Assembly: GCA_046563655.1 (NCBI GenBank)
Contig: CM102285.1
Span: 1,240,001-1,304,000, forward strand
Direction: 5' to 3'
Source: Yuukianura sp. NJ FZ-2021
Taxonomy: Eukaryota
Length of the DNA: 64,000 nt
Both the position numbers and the translations under genes were made by a program. The notes under the pieces are model-generated. The model did not search any database. It saw nothing but the letters and a program-made list of their open reading frames with translations, and was not told where the DNA came from. Positions 12,465 through 24,785 of the stretch are shown here, piece by piece. Position 1 is the stretch's first letter; every line of letters begins with the position of its first letter.

Positions 12465-12558
12465 AAATGCGAAATCGTTGTCCAGAGTTTTTTTTTAAGT
12501 TCATTTCAAGTAATAAAATCGCTCTTGGTTTTGACCTAACTCCGCTCAAAGTCGCCAT

Positions 12559-13172
12559 TAGAGCTTGACTATTCGAACACGTATTCTAATATTCGAATAA
12601 CGAAGTTTTTTTCGAATATCAAAATCAACTATTCGAAGTTCCGAATAATTCATTCCGCAGTATTCGTTGAACAAAAAAATGATTTAGTGTATAATCCCTA
12701 ACGATTAATTTTGGTCTAAATGTAAATGTTTGTAATTGTCGCTCATACTCTACCAAGTTTAGGGAACAAAAAATCTAATGTGAAAAAACGACCGAAGTAG
12801 GAATAAACTATCCAATGTTTCGTCACTCATTGGACGAAACATTGGACGCATGCATGAGCGTTCAAATTCAGTCGTTGCAACTTTTTTGCATTTTGATCTT
12901 TGGTTTAATTTGATTTTTGGTTCTTTTAATTTTGAACCGACAGAGCACTGTCTACACCCCAGTGGTCTTTTTATTACAAAATGAAACGAAAAAAACACGC
13001 AAAAGACGTGCACTGGAGGACAGATCTCAAAAGCTTATTAGGGTTTAAATTGGGCTGGTTTTCCTCCTAGGTATTCGAATACTTTCCTAAGATATTCGAA
13101 TAACGAACACCGCTAAAAACCGGTATTCGTATTCGAATATTCGAATAGCATTATTCGAATAGTCAAGCTCTA
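12559..13172. mobile_element. hAT-like MITE at the inversion breakpoint
   Basis: 19-bp TIR TAGAGCTTGACTATTCGAA / TTCGAATAGTCAAGCTCTA; subterminal TATTCGAATA repeats; the two flanks differ (no TSD). Confidence 0.85.
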
Positions 13173-16160
13173 CAATGGATGGTTACACAAAGGGTTCAAG
13201 CGATGCAATGTATTGTTACGCCAACCAGCACGTCACCAAGATTCTACGGGGTGAGGTACTGAAGAGTGACAGACTACATATTACTTCCACTTTGTTGCCA
13301 TCTGAACTCTTTTCCGATTAACAGGAAAAGTGACCCGAAGTGGCAACATTGGTTGTCGCATCATGTATGCACTCACTGCCTCGTCGCAGGGTACCGTAAT
13401 CACGCACCGGAACATGGCTAAACTTGGTATCCCAATTGGCTACGCAATCCTTAGTTCAACCCGGATCTGTTCAAAGGACACCACACGGGGTCCTACCACC
13501 CCATCATAAAAATGGGCACATAATCCCATTTAACATATACTAATAGGAGTTTATTTAATTTATATTTAAGTAATTATATTAATAATAAAAAATATACAGA
13601 AGGAAGATTAAAGTCCCTTTAAACAGTTACGTTAGGTTTTAAGTTAAGTCAAACCACCAAATATAAACAAGCATTTCAAGCATTCAAGCGTATTTAAATT
13701 AAACTAATTTTAACTCAACCTAACAGAACTAATGTACGTTTAAGGTACGCTTCCGCATTATCCATTAACGTTAGCGACGTTTCCGCAGCTGATAAAGGTT
13801 TAACTTTTCTGCAACTTACCACTTAAATTGGAAAAAATGCCGAATTAAGAAACTTTGCTTTTAATAGTTGTCGCTTATAGATTATATTATAATTTACATT
13901 ATATTAATAATTTACATAGTTTTAGTCTGCGACGACCTTTTTACCGTGATCTTTCTCTTGGTGACGACCTAGATTGACTTTCCAATGAGTTTTGTAGCCA
14001 CATTGGAAGCAGTGGAAGCGAGGCTCTTTGTTACACTCATGCCTACAGAAACAAAAATACAAAAAAGTCAAACTTTTCGAAATTTTAATTTTTTCTAATG
14101 TTGCAAATTAAAGTGTTATAAATAAAAACTCAAAAATTTAGTTTTGCAGAAGGATATTGATACGACTGTGTCCGTCGGTCTGCACCAGCTTTTGTAATGA
14201 AGGTCTCCTTGTGATGAAGAGATAACAGATAGACGAACAGACAGACAGACAAAGTCATATAAATAGCCTTCTTTAGCTTATCGGTATCACAGCTTCACAG
14301 CCCGTGTTTCTAATTTTAGTGCACGTTAAACTTACTTCAAATGGAATGTCAAAAACTTGTTTTTGTTGAAGGAGCGACTACAGCTTGGAGTTGGGCAGTA
14401 GAACCGATTTCCTAAAAATCGTTATGCAAAAACTTACATTTTGAAATCCTAATTAAACGATAAAAGAAATTTCCAAAATTAATGTTAGAAAACTTTAATT
14501 TCAGGACAATTTTGAAAATCAAGATCTGCAATTTTTCTTCCGTTTAGTTTTTTTTACCAGTTCCATTTCTGTTGAAACGTTTTTGGTTCCTGTCCCGTTT
14601 TCGTTTTCGTTTAGAAACGAAAGGAAACGGAACTTCAACCGCCCTACTGTCACTGTCCTCCATTGGCCAAGGTTCCGCAAAATCTAGCCACCACACACAC
14701 ACAAAATTTTTCTCTTTGTTCTTAGAGTTTAGAAAAAAAAAGTTGAAAAATCAAAATTCAAAAGTTTTGGTTTGAAAATTACTAGATTGGCTTAAGGAGT
14801 TTTCTTGTTGTAGATCAATTTTGATAGGACCAGTAGCTCCCAACCTCAACTAAAAAAAAACATTTTTAAATTTTGAAATATTTCGGAGTAAAGTCATCCA
14901 TAAAAACCAGCTTAATTGCTATGGCTACTTCACCATGTCTGTTGGAATTCCGAAAGCGTCTTCAACCATTCCGAGATGTGTAAACGGTGCAGTTAATACT
15001 AAAAACTTTTTCTTGACAATGTCACGCAATAACTCGAGTTTTAATTTTTTTTGGACAAAATTTTAAAATAGAATTATTCACAATAAGTAAGGTAAGGTAA
15101 ATTTAATTTTAGAATTGAAAGAGAGACGAGTAATACTTCACCACTTTAAAATCTTCTGTTTTCAATAGTAAGTACTCCTAATTTGCAAATTTGCAAAAGT
15201 TACACCATAAAATCTGCTCAACATTTTCTTCAAAAATTGGAAATTGAGGAGAAAAAAGTAAGAAAGTGGTGAAATAAGATAATGGAATTGTAACAACACG
15301 GGATTTTTCACACTCGAGTCATTGACTAAAACCTATCAAAGAAAATCTAACTCGTTGTCAATGAATTTTGGTAGATTTTAGTGAAAGCGAATGGAAGTAC
15401 TTTACGTTGGGACAACTTTATAGTGGATCAATAAATTCAGACTTTATAGAAAGCGGAGGCTGAACTTTCTACTAGAAGAGGGTCGATCAGCTGAGACTGT
15501 TTTTGAACTGCAGCATAGGCTACTTGAACAAAATAGAACATGTTTCCCCTTCACGAGTTTTTTTTTGGTGGCGGAGACCCTTAAGGGATTCTTCGTGCAC
15601 GGATGGGGCTAGAAAGTACTGAAATTCGGTATTAGTACAGTAGGACCTCTAATTCAGAAACTTTGTTGGAACTGGGACGCTGTAAAAGTGAACTTTTTAG
15701 GGCCTTTTAGATCATTTTTTTTTGTTTCAGTGTAGAAGTAGAAGGAAAAGGAGGAGCGTCCATGGGGCGAAGCCCCAGCACGCATGCGTAGCATCCGGGG
15801 AAATAATAAAACCTATTATTAGTTCAACCGATTACTAATTAAGATCAGCAATTACAAGCATGCTGCGCTTGCTTGCTGGAGCTTCGCCCTAGACCCGTAG
15901 AATCTTCCTCAATTAACTTACATTTAAGTGTTATTTTAAAAAAACAAAAATTCTCTACACCCAAGAGATTTAGCAAGGCCTCGTTTCGAGTAAATATTTG
16001 TTAATAAAAAGTGAAAAGACAATTTTTTTTTGAAAAATACAAAAGATGTTTTGGGTCCAGAAAATAAGTCCAACTTTCAAAAAAATACTTTGTTTGGCTC
16101 ATTCATTTCATTACACGTTTCATAGTTAATAACAATAAGGTTTACGCATGTTTTTGTCCA
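13173..16160. repeat. Arm B of the inverted segmental duplication
   Basis: Reverse complement of ~1780-4815. Confidence 0.9.
13922..14969 (-). CDS. Second (inverted) copy of the BTB-less zinc-finger mini-paralog
   Basis: Same five exons with intact splice sites. The two finger exons differ from the + copy only at synonymous sites. Confidence 0.7.
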
Positions 16161-16289
16161 AAAAAAAATGGTCGAGAATTATTCCAGTGCGGGCAGGGTC
16201 CGTCTTTTTCATTCGTCTGAACTTCAGTCACGGTTTTCTGCAACCAAAAAACATAGAAGATGTTGTGCATTAACATTTTCTGGAAACAC

Positions 16290-16531
16290 CAAGGTTCGTA
16301 AACCAAAATAAAAAAAACAATTTTTCTACATCAGGTTGTCCAGTAACTGGAACTTTTAAAATTTGTTTGAACAAAAAATTTTGACTTTCCATGGTAATTT
16401 TTTGCATGTGATGCAAATGGGATTGGTGCAGAATTGGTGCAGAAATTTGTTTGGAGTAAGATTTTTGGAAACCATGAGGTACTGGATAACCTCTTGTAGA
16501 CTGGTTGTAGATTGGTTGCTATAGCAACCTT
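16290..16531. mobile_element. Small MITE-like repeat (related copy ~47874-48093)
   Basis: Shared aaggttcgtaaac..ttttctacaYcaggttgtccaRtaact..aaatgggattggtgc..aaccttg; AAGGTT/AACCTT ends. Confidence 0.6.
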
Positions 16532-18453
16532 GGGATTGGGAAACACTTTCTCCGGCTCAATTTGCTACAAGGTAACTAAACAAAATAATACACCGCATTC
16601 CTCATTAGAAAGCTCGTGTGTCTTTTTGTTTAGTTGCCTTGATTTGCTACAAGAAATTTCTGGTTGTTTTTTTAATAGCTTGCTGCAAATCGTGTTGACA
16701 GGGAGTTTCCCGTCATAAACTTCCCTCATTCTTTTTTTATGTTTAATTCTACCACATGCTTTTACAATGCAGCGGGTAGGCTATGGGAAACCCCCCCCCC
16801 CTCTAGACCCCCCAGCAAAGTTTTCTTTAGTGTTTAGTGGGGGAAAATTTTGATGTAACTTCCCCAACCCAAATGTATCAAAGAACATACAGCATCGGGG
16901 TACGGAAGCCATTTTAAGTACATGTAGTACATGTAATTTGTGCTGTGCATAAGTGCGTGATATTGCGCAGCATACATAGAAGAAACCACCAAACCCTCCG
17001 CCTTCATGCATCACCACCCAGGTCCTGCCCTTCACAACCCACGCTGAACCGTTGAGCGTCGGCAAGCGTCTCTTCCCCGTTTTTGTTGCCACCTTGGGTT
17101 GGGCTTCTAATGTTAACCCAGAGTGCATAGTGGAAGATGTGGCTACACTGTGAAGCTGAATTGCGGTTGCCATGCCTCACCTACCCAGATAATTTTGATG
17201 GCGTTCTGGTTGGCGAACACAGGAATTACATCCCTTGTATCCGATGGGGTAACCACTCACTGTAACCACGGCGGAGTTACTTTGAAACAGTGTTGCTGGA
17301 TATCCACTTTTTCAACATTTCGTCCACGGCGAGATATCTAGTGGACAAAATGGATGAATCCAAAGGGCCGGAGCTTTGCGCGCGAGGTGTGAATTAATTG
17401 AATACAAACCGCTTAAACAAGTCAAAATACCGTACAAAAAACGAGGGAAATATCGTTTTTGTATGATTTTTAAAAAAACAGTTAGTTTTAACAATGAAAG
17501 AAACACTTGATATTATTCTGTAATTTTAAGATTGATTTTTTTAAATTTCGCGCTAAGTTCTTAATTTCTTCCATCCACTAAAAGTTTCATCCATTTCGGG
17601 GTGCATTTCTTCCAGTGGATATCCAGTGCAAGCGGCAATTATAAGTCATCGGTCGTGTAAACGTCTGGTAACAATGCTTTCAAGGTTATCTGAATTGCTT
17701 GATTCTTTTTTGAGACGTTTTTCAAATTTTTTTTAAAGCTTGAGGCTTGCCTGAAGCATTTTTGAAAGTTGAAAAAAACGTTCGCGATTGTAATGTACCC
17801 GTATGAACCAAGTTACGCTTATAGTTTGGTGCGGGGTGCGGAAAGTAAAAATTCCGTTGTAGCCAACGAGTTGTTGGAAATACACGTGACCGGTATGGTT
17901 ACAATGCGTACAATTTGATTTACTTCAACCTTCCCTTCCTCCTCACTTACTCCCTTCATCGTCTCCCTCCTTGTCCCCTCCTTCCTCCTTCCTCCATATC
18001 CTTTCTTGACTCCATCAGTGTTGGTTCTCTAGTGCCATTTTCTTGTCGTTTCCCGTACGCGACTCTTTCTTTCCGTTGAATTCTAACTTAAATTAACTTA
18101 ATTTAACTTAATTAACTTACCTTTACTCGCTGTCGACGTAAATCTACTGAAAGTTTCCATCAGGGGTCACGATCGGTTCGAATATCGGGATTGACTGCCG
18201 TTCCAGTGTCGCAAATAGGCACGACACCCCCAAGAGCACAGTGGAGTCCATGAGCTATTGATTTTTCTGAGGTAGTAATCGATATCCATATTCTCCCTGT
18301 TTCGTTAGTTTCTACTTCTTGGTAATGGTGGAACTGATGGCTACTTAGTTTAAACTGCATTTAACATCTCATTTTTGTTTGTATTTAGTACATTGCTTTA
18401 GATCCGTACGGCATACTGTATTAGAGCGGTTGGCAGGAAACGATTACGCAACG

Positions 18454-19808
18454 ATGGACGGCCAGGTTATTCGGCTGCGCTGGACCAGCCATCAAGGCAC
18501 TGTTTTGTCAGTATTCGATGCCCTGTTATCCAGTGAGTCCCTGGTGGATGTCACTCTTGCCTGTGATGGGCAATATATCCGAGCCCACAAAGTTATACTG
18601 TCGGCATGCAGTCCTTACTTCCAGGTACTTATCATACTTTTTACTAACAATTTTGATTACGATACAAATATGGAGCTTCTTGTTGCTTATGTGTGTTGTT
18701 TGCTACACTAGGATCTTATCAATATCGACCCAAACAAACATCCAATCTTCTTCCTCAAGGATGTCAAGTACACTGAACTGAAGGCGCTTATTCAATACAT
18801 GTACCGTGGAGAGGTCAACATTCCTCAGGATGATCTCCCCTCTCTTCTGGCAGTTGCACAAGCACTCAAAATTCGGGGTCTCGCTGATGTCGAAACTGCC
18901 AACAACAGTATTGCCTCGGATACAATTATCCTTCCAGATCTTTCTAACAAAAGTCGAGTCACAAAGCAACCACCAGCTCCTGCTCCACCAGTTGTTCCCG
19001 TGGCTCCACCATCACCAGTTCCTGCACCAACTTCAGCCGCCTCATCTTTCAATATGGGTGCCCCACGAAACTTTCCAGAGCATTCATTCACTCAGAATTC
19101 AGTTCCTCCGAGCCCCGTCGTGGTACCGATTGCTACTACTGGCCCTCCGTCTACCAAGAAAGCTAGGACCGAAACACGCTCTTCCACTCAAGCCGCCGCT
19201 GCTGCTGCTGCTTCAGTACAAAAACAGTCTCAGATGATCGATCCTCTGCTTGATGTTCAGTCTGCTCCTATCAAATCTCAATTGACCGATCCACTACAAG
19301 CTGCCTCTACTTCAAGTACCTCCAGTCACTCTCATTACGATTCACCGGGTTACTCTGGACACTCTCGCGACAGGGATTATGGTCAACGCGGAGCTGTTGA
19401 AGATACTGAACCGTTCGGGATTCCAATTCCAACCGACGTGGTAAGCCTAATGGTCAATAGATTACTCCTTTTTTCGTTTTTAATGTCATGTCTTATGAAA
19501 ACTTTCTGAAATTATTTTTCAGTTGAAACTGGAAGCGACTGGACCTATCGAAATTGATCTGGATGAAGAAAACTCCATGAGCCAATCTAGTTAATCACAA
19601 ATTAATCAATCTAACATTACTTGAGCTGTGCTAATAACTTATGCATTGGAGGATAAACCTAATTCCATTCCATTGTCTTATTTTCCAGGTTTTTCTGAGC
19701 CTTGGCAAATGGGCGACGGTGACGGTGACAATTCTCAAATGCCTGACGACGACGGAGAGATGCCTGGTGGATCCGGAAACAACGATGGTGGTGCTGAAGG
19801 CGGCGAAG
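18454..19808 (+). CDS. Tramtrack-group BTB/POZ transcription factor, copy 2, constant exons 18454-18624, 18712-19440, 19523-19589, 19689-19808 (lola/mod(mdg4)-like)
   Basis: BTB domain essentially identical to copy 1; same intron phases; ends GAAG|gtaagc in phase 1, matching the downstream cassettes. Confidence 0.95.
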
Positions 19809-19815
19809 GTAAGCC

Positions 19816-19875
19816 CCGAACTTCTTTTGCCTTTGAGTTTATATGCCATGGCGACCTTGAGAGGTTCACCACGTT
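19816..19875 (+). promoter_or_regulatory. Putative RNA docking site, copy 2
   Basis: Reverse complement aacgtggtgaacctctcaaggtcgccatggcatataaactcaaaggcaaaagaagttcgg matches motifs upstream of most cassettes. Confidence 0.88.
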
Positions 19876-20352
19876 AAAACAGAATCTTTAATTTTTTAAA
19901 CAACTTTTTTAACTTTCCAAAAAGATCACAACTGATCTGACATTTGATAACGCTCATATCTCATTTACTCAAATTGAATAACGTTTTCTGTCAACAAGCT
20001 TTCTTTGTTACATACGGAAAAGACGCGGAGCTTTTTTTATATCCATTTTCTGTGAAATCAGAGTTTTAGACGGTCAGTTTCTCCTTTTGACAGTTTCGAG
20101 TTTGTCACTGAGCTTTTTAGTACTTTAGGCAGAGGAGTTTAGTTCAGGGCCGGAAATTTTTAAAAGTTTTTCCAGAAGAAAAAAGTTTTTCAGAAAAAAA
20201 CTTCTGTTTTTAAAACTAGTTCAGTGAAATCTAGTGAAAAGAGAGACACGACATGAATGCAAGAGAGGAGCCCTTTGAAATTGTGAAGAATTTTTTGAAA
20301 AATTTTCAAGTCGTGGTTAGTGGAGCCTTTGGAACATGAAAAAACGAAGATG

Positions 20353-20375
20353 CTTAAGTTCGCCATGGCATTCAA
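20353..20375 (+). promoter_or_regulatory. Proximal selector-like element
   Basis: Identical to 7476-7498 within otherwise unalignable intron sequence. Confidence 0.7.
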
Positions 20376-21371
20376 CCGAGCCCTTTTCCACTACTACTGC
20401 TGTGCTGTGCAATCGGTTCAAGTGCTCCCCCCTTCTTCGCTTTGTCTTGTTAAAACTATGTTGAAAATCATGCAATTTCCCGCTCTCACGAACATTGAAA
20501 TCGTGTTTGGGGAATGAACAATGACGGAGGAAAAAAGAGTGGGAAAAAGTTTGAACAACGAAGTTTAAAAAATTTATTCAAAAAGCCCCTCTGTACTTCC
20601 TCTTTTTAAAAAGTAGAAAGGGCTCGGACCCAACTTTTGTTCAACTGTTCAAAAACAGAACAGAAAAATTAAAAATGTGTGTTGGCAAATGTCCAACTAA
20701 CAAAAAACATGAGGCATACCAAATGTGGACATGTATGGTTTCATGCCAGACTGTTCAAACGAACAATGAGATACACATGCCGTAGCATTAGCATTATCTA
20801 TACCTAAGTTGGGCATGGGCGGGGAATTTGAATTTTTTTGGAAATTCATAAGAAGCGGGAAGTGCAAAACTTGCATACTATAGGTTTAGAATTAACTGCG
20901 ATTTTTTAAAGAATGTCTGTCCAACTAGTTAAAGTTGAACTGAACTGCATACTATCTTTTCAATTTTGAAAGATTTTCAAAAATTTTAATTTTGAAAAAT
21001 TTGAAGACTTTTACTAAAGTTTAGTATTTACTACACTGACTGTCAATGGATTGATTTTCTCGGTGAGAATTGCGATTGTAGCAAATTGAATGTCGAATTA
21101 CTTTCTTGCTTTGCTCTAACCTGTTTGCTGTTTTCGAAATTGAAGGTTTGGTTTGTTTTTGAAAAAGTGGAAATTTTTGAAAAGTGAAATGAGTGACTGT
21201 GTCACTCGGATTGTAAAATGCGGAATTCAGTTTGGAATGTTAAAGTTAAAAATGAGTTGGTGGTCCATGGTCTTCTTGGGAAAGTATAAACTCAATGGCG
21301 ATGGAGTTTTGCAAAATGTTTTTTTTTTTTTTGAAAAGCGGGTAATTTGAGTTTTGTTTTTGTCTTTGTAG

Positions 21372-21595
21372 TAATTCGAGTGAATGGGCAGAGGAGGTTT
21401 AGTTGTAGAAGATGTAAGAAGAGTTACGCTCAAAACGTATCACTCACGCGACATATTCGTTACCAATGTGGTGTTGAAATTGGAGAATTTGAATGTCGAT
21501 ACTGTGGCAGAAGAAGTAAATTACTTCAGAATTTGAGGTCACATGAAATGACATGCAGAAAGAAATTGGCCAAGTTGAAAAAACTAAAAAATTAA
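21372..21595 (+). CDS. Alternative terminal exon, CCHC+C2HC fingers
   Basis: CRRC..HIRYQC..CRYC..HEMTC. Selector tataaactcaatggcga at 21285-21301. Confidence 0.85.
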
Positions 21596-21912
21596 GAAAA
21601 AAAATTTCTACTAAAAAAATTGTAAATTTTAGTTTGAATTTTAGTCTTAAATTTTACTTGTTTTTTGTACACTTTGTTCAAAGTTGGTCCTAATGTTTTT
21701 GAATTAAGAAATTAAAAATTCGTAGATTAAAATTTTTTAGTGTTAATTGGAAAATGTGGGATTCAGATTGCAAAATGTGGCTTTTGAAGACGTGTGAGTA
21801 AAGTCAAGGTCGCTCTGATTGATTGGCATGTTTGCTTGGAGGCAAAAAGTTTCAAAATTTCTTTTGAGATTCAAAATTTTCGTGTTCAGGGTTTTGGTTT
21901 TTGAGTTATGAC

Positions 21913-22419
21913 CAGGGCTGCAAAAAATATTTACTAAAAACCCCCAAAATATTTATTGAAATATTTACTGAAAAACGGCACTATATTTAAGAACATATTT
22001 ACTAACCAAGTCAATATTTACAAAATTTTACCTTGAAATCACATAAATTCAGTTGGCATTTGTTAATTTGTCACTGATGCGTTCAACGCAACCGGGATTT
22101 TGAGTATTGCTAACCTGAACTATATTTTCTTTCTTGGGTTTAGAAGTCAACAGGATATCGAATTTGATTAAGGATGGCTTTGCTGTGTCTTTATCGGTTG
22201 AAAAAGCAAAAATTGTTAACCGAGGATGACAAATGTCATCAATATACCGAAATTTTGGTCCGAAAAACACTGAAACGGCTAAAAATTTACAAAAAATATT
22301 GATTATTTTTCAAAAACAGTCAGAAATTTAGAAAAATATTTATATTTTTTAAAATGGCAGAATATTTTTTTTAAATATAAAAATATTTAATATTTAAGAA
22401 AATATTTTTTGCAGCCCTG
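21913..22419. mobile_element. hAT-like MITE
   Basis: TIR CAGGGCTGCAAAAAATAT; 8-bp TSD gttatgac (21905-21912, 22420-22427). Confidence 0.9.
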
Positions 22420-22452
22420 GTTATGACGGAAGGTTTTAATTTTTTGCCGTAG

Positions 22453-22724
22453 ATATTTGGATTTTGACTGATTCGGAATGGGAGCCTTATACAAGGACGC
22501 TGTCAATGGGTGCAGGGCGGCTAAAGTGTCGTTACTGCGGAATGATGTTTAGGCAGGGAAGTGCGTTGTGTCGACATCGCAAGTACAGTTGTCCTAACTT
22601 GCAATATGAATTGACAACTTGTGACTTATGCGGAGCTCGTATGAAACCGAGGTCACTCATGGACCATAAAAGAGCCACTTGTAGAGTTGTCAGGGCCAGA
22701 CATAATGCAGAACCTGGAAGTTAG
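22453..22724 (+). CDS. Alternative terminal exon, double finger
   Basis: CRYC..HRKYSC..CDLC..HKRATC. Selector tcaaggtcgc at ~21804. Confidence 0.85.
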
Positions 22725-23018
22725 AAGTTACCTTAGGAATTTTGCAATTTACTGAAGTATAGGTTGGATTTTTTGGTTTTGAGTAATTGTGAGATTTATG
22801 TATAATTAAACTGTAATTTTGGTGAAAACAAACATTAGTTTTGAAATAGTTTTTTAATGTTTTGAAAACCGGATATTTTTAGTTGAGTTTGTTTGATATT
22901 GAGAGAACTTCACAAGGTCGCTATTCCGTTGAATTTGAGTCAGAAATTTCTCTTTTTATGTCTGTTTGTTTAGTTTTTTTTTGTTAACTATTTTTGAATC
23001 GAAATTTTGAAATTTTAG

Positions 23019-23263
23019 TTTTGGATTGGAATAATTGCGGTGGTTCGGGGATTGGGGAGAGGATTTTTCTGAAACCTGTTTTGAAAATGACCGGAAGTAG
23101 TGGAACAGCGAAGCCACATAAGTGCTTATGTGGATACGGATCAGAACGAAACTATAATCTGAAGAGACACCAAGAAATTTGTCAGCAGTATCGCTATTTG
23201 AGAGCGAAATCTGAGCATACGCATAGCGCGAATCAGGAGAAATCTCGACGAGGGCGCCACTGA
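23019..23263 (+). CDS. Alternative terminal exon, single C2HC finger
   Basis: CLC..LKRHQEIC. Selector gaacttcacaaggtcgctat at 22905-22924. AATAAA at 23406. Confidence 0.75.
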
Positions 23264-23726
23264 ATTTGTTTCATACGATTTTGCTATAAATGTTAAGTAT
23301 AAGTGGTACAATTTTTGCTAATTTCAGGAATTTCCGACGCTGATTAATTGCATTTAAAAGGCATATATGTATGCTAAGGAACTTAATTAATATATACTGT
23401 AGCATAATAAATTTATTGAATAACCTAACCTAAGTTTATATTGAAGAGAGACTTTTTTCTCGAAATTTGAATTATAAACTGTCTTTCGGACTTCAAGTTT
23501 TGGATTCTTGGTTGAAGAAATTTCGCAAATTGGGTCGAGTAGGTTTAAATTGAAGTACAATTTTGTGAGTAGTAAATTTCTATGTTGGCGGTGAATTTTG
23601 AGTTTGAAGTGTGTTTGGGCTGTTTGGCGTTGGTGTGTTTGGTGGCAATTTCAAGAGCCGCTATGGCATATTGTTGGACTGTGCAAATATTTTTTTGCAA
23701 TGTTGCAAATGATTGATTGTTGTAAG

Positions 23727-23947
23727 GGTTTTTGGGACGTGGGTTGTGCTGTCCGAGATGTGGAAAACGGTATCATGCCCAGCAGAAGTCAGCATTTGAC
23801 AAGCACATCATGTACGACTGTGCAAAAATTCCGCCAAAATTTAAATGTGGACTTTGCGATTATGTGGCACGAAGAACGACTTACTTTGAAGCTCATTTCA
23901 AACGGTATCATCCGCAGAACGAAGTTTCGTATTTCAAATACTACTAA
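23727..23947 (+). CDS. Alternative terminal exon, YDC-type CCHC+C2H2
   Basis: CPRC..HIMYDC..CGLC..HFKRYH. Selector cgctatggcatat at ~23659. Confidence 0.85.
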
Positions 23948-24223
23948 TTGGTGGATTTGGAATTTTTATTACGTAGTTTAAGAAAAAATGTAGGTGCTAA
24001 CGATATGTGCAGAACCGTCTAAATCGATGGATTTTGAATTTTTTAGATGATTTTAAAACCGATAGAAAATATTTCATTTTAGCACGTCAATTACGCAAAT
24101 TTTCCGTTTTCCAAAAGCGGCAATTTTTTTTAAAGTACAAAACCATTTCTCAACACGCCATGGTGTATAATAAACCGAAATTTGGAAAATTTCTTAGTGA
24201 AACGTAGGTTTTTTTTTTCTTAG

Positions 24224-24411
24224 GAAAGTTGAAATGTACGCGTTGTGGAAAACGGTACTCGGCTGAGCAGAAGTCAGCTTTTGCGAATCACGTAACTTAC
24301 GATTGTCCGTTCGTTGAGCCAAAGTACAAATGCATCAAGTGCAAATACTTGTCCAGAAGGAAGAAACCGCTCATGCAGCATTTGGCAAAGTTCCATAAGG
24401 ACATTTTTTGA
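24224..24411 (+). CDS. Alternative terminal exon, YDC-type
   Basis: CTRC..HVTYDC..CIKC..HLAKFH. Selector ttctcaacacgccatggtgtata at ~24147. Confidence 0.85.
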
Positions 24412-24591
24412 AAATTTTGAAATTTGTAATTTTTGGAAATTTATATCTATGAGATTTGTTTTGGAACCTGTAGAAGGAGCCATGGCGTATACATGCTTTA
24501 TAGATTAGATTTTGCTTCTTTATGGAAATGTTAGGCTAATCCTGGTTTCTGATTGGTAAGTTAGGTTAATTCTCGTTTTTGATTGGCTTAG

Positions 24592-24785
24592 GCTGCGTAA
24601 CATGTGGCCTATGTGGAAAACGGTATTTGGCAAGAGAGAAGCGGGCAATTCGAAACCATTTTCTGTATGACTGTCGACAAATTGAACCGAAATTTAAGTG
24701 TGAGTTTTGCCCGTATTCGGCTAGGAGAAAGAAAGGACTGATGGTACATCATGCTCGATTTCATTCCAACAGTGTTCCAATATGA
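24592..24785 (+). CDS. Alternative terminal exon, YDC-type
   Basis: CGLC..HFLYDC..CEFC..HHARFH. Selector gccatggcgtata at 24479. Confidence 0.85.

Noticed and set aside
17288-17626. 13-bp inverted repeat ctggatatccact / agtggatatccag as a MITE
   Set aside because: No matching outer TIR or TSD could be defined; at most an old remnant.
17890-18360. Possible antisense exons upstream of the BTB ATG (ATG..AAAG|gtaagt on the minus strand; homologous to ~5085-5560)
   Set aside because: The joined frame hits a stop and the splice sites are not preserved in copy 1; treated as duplicated 5' or promoter sequence.
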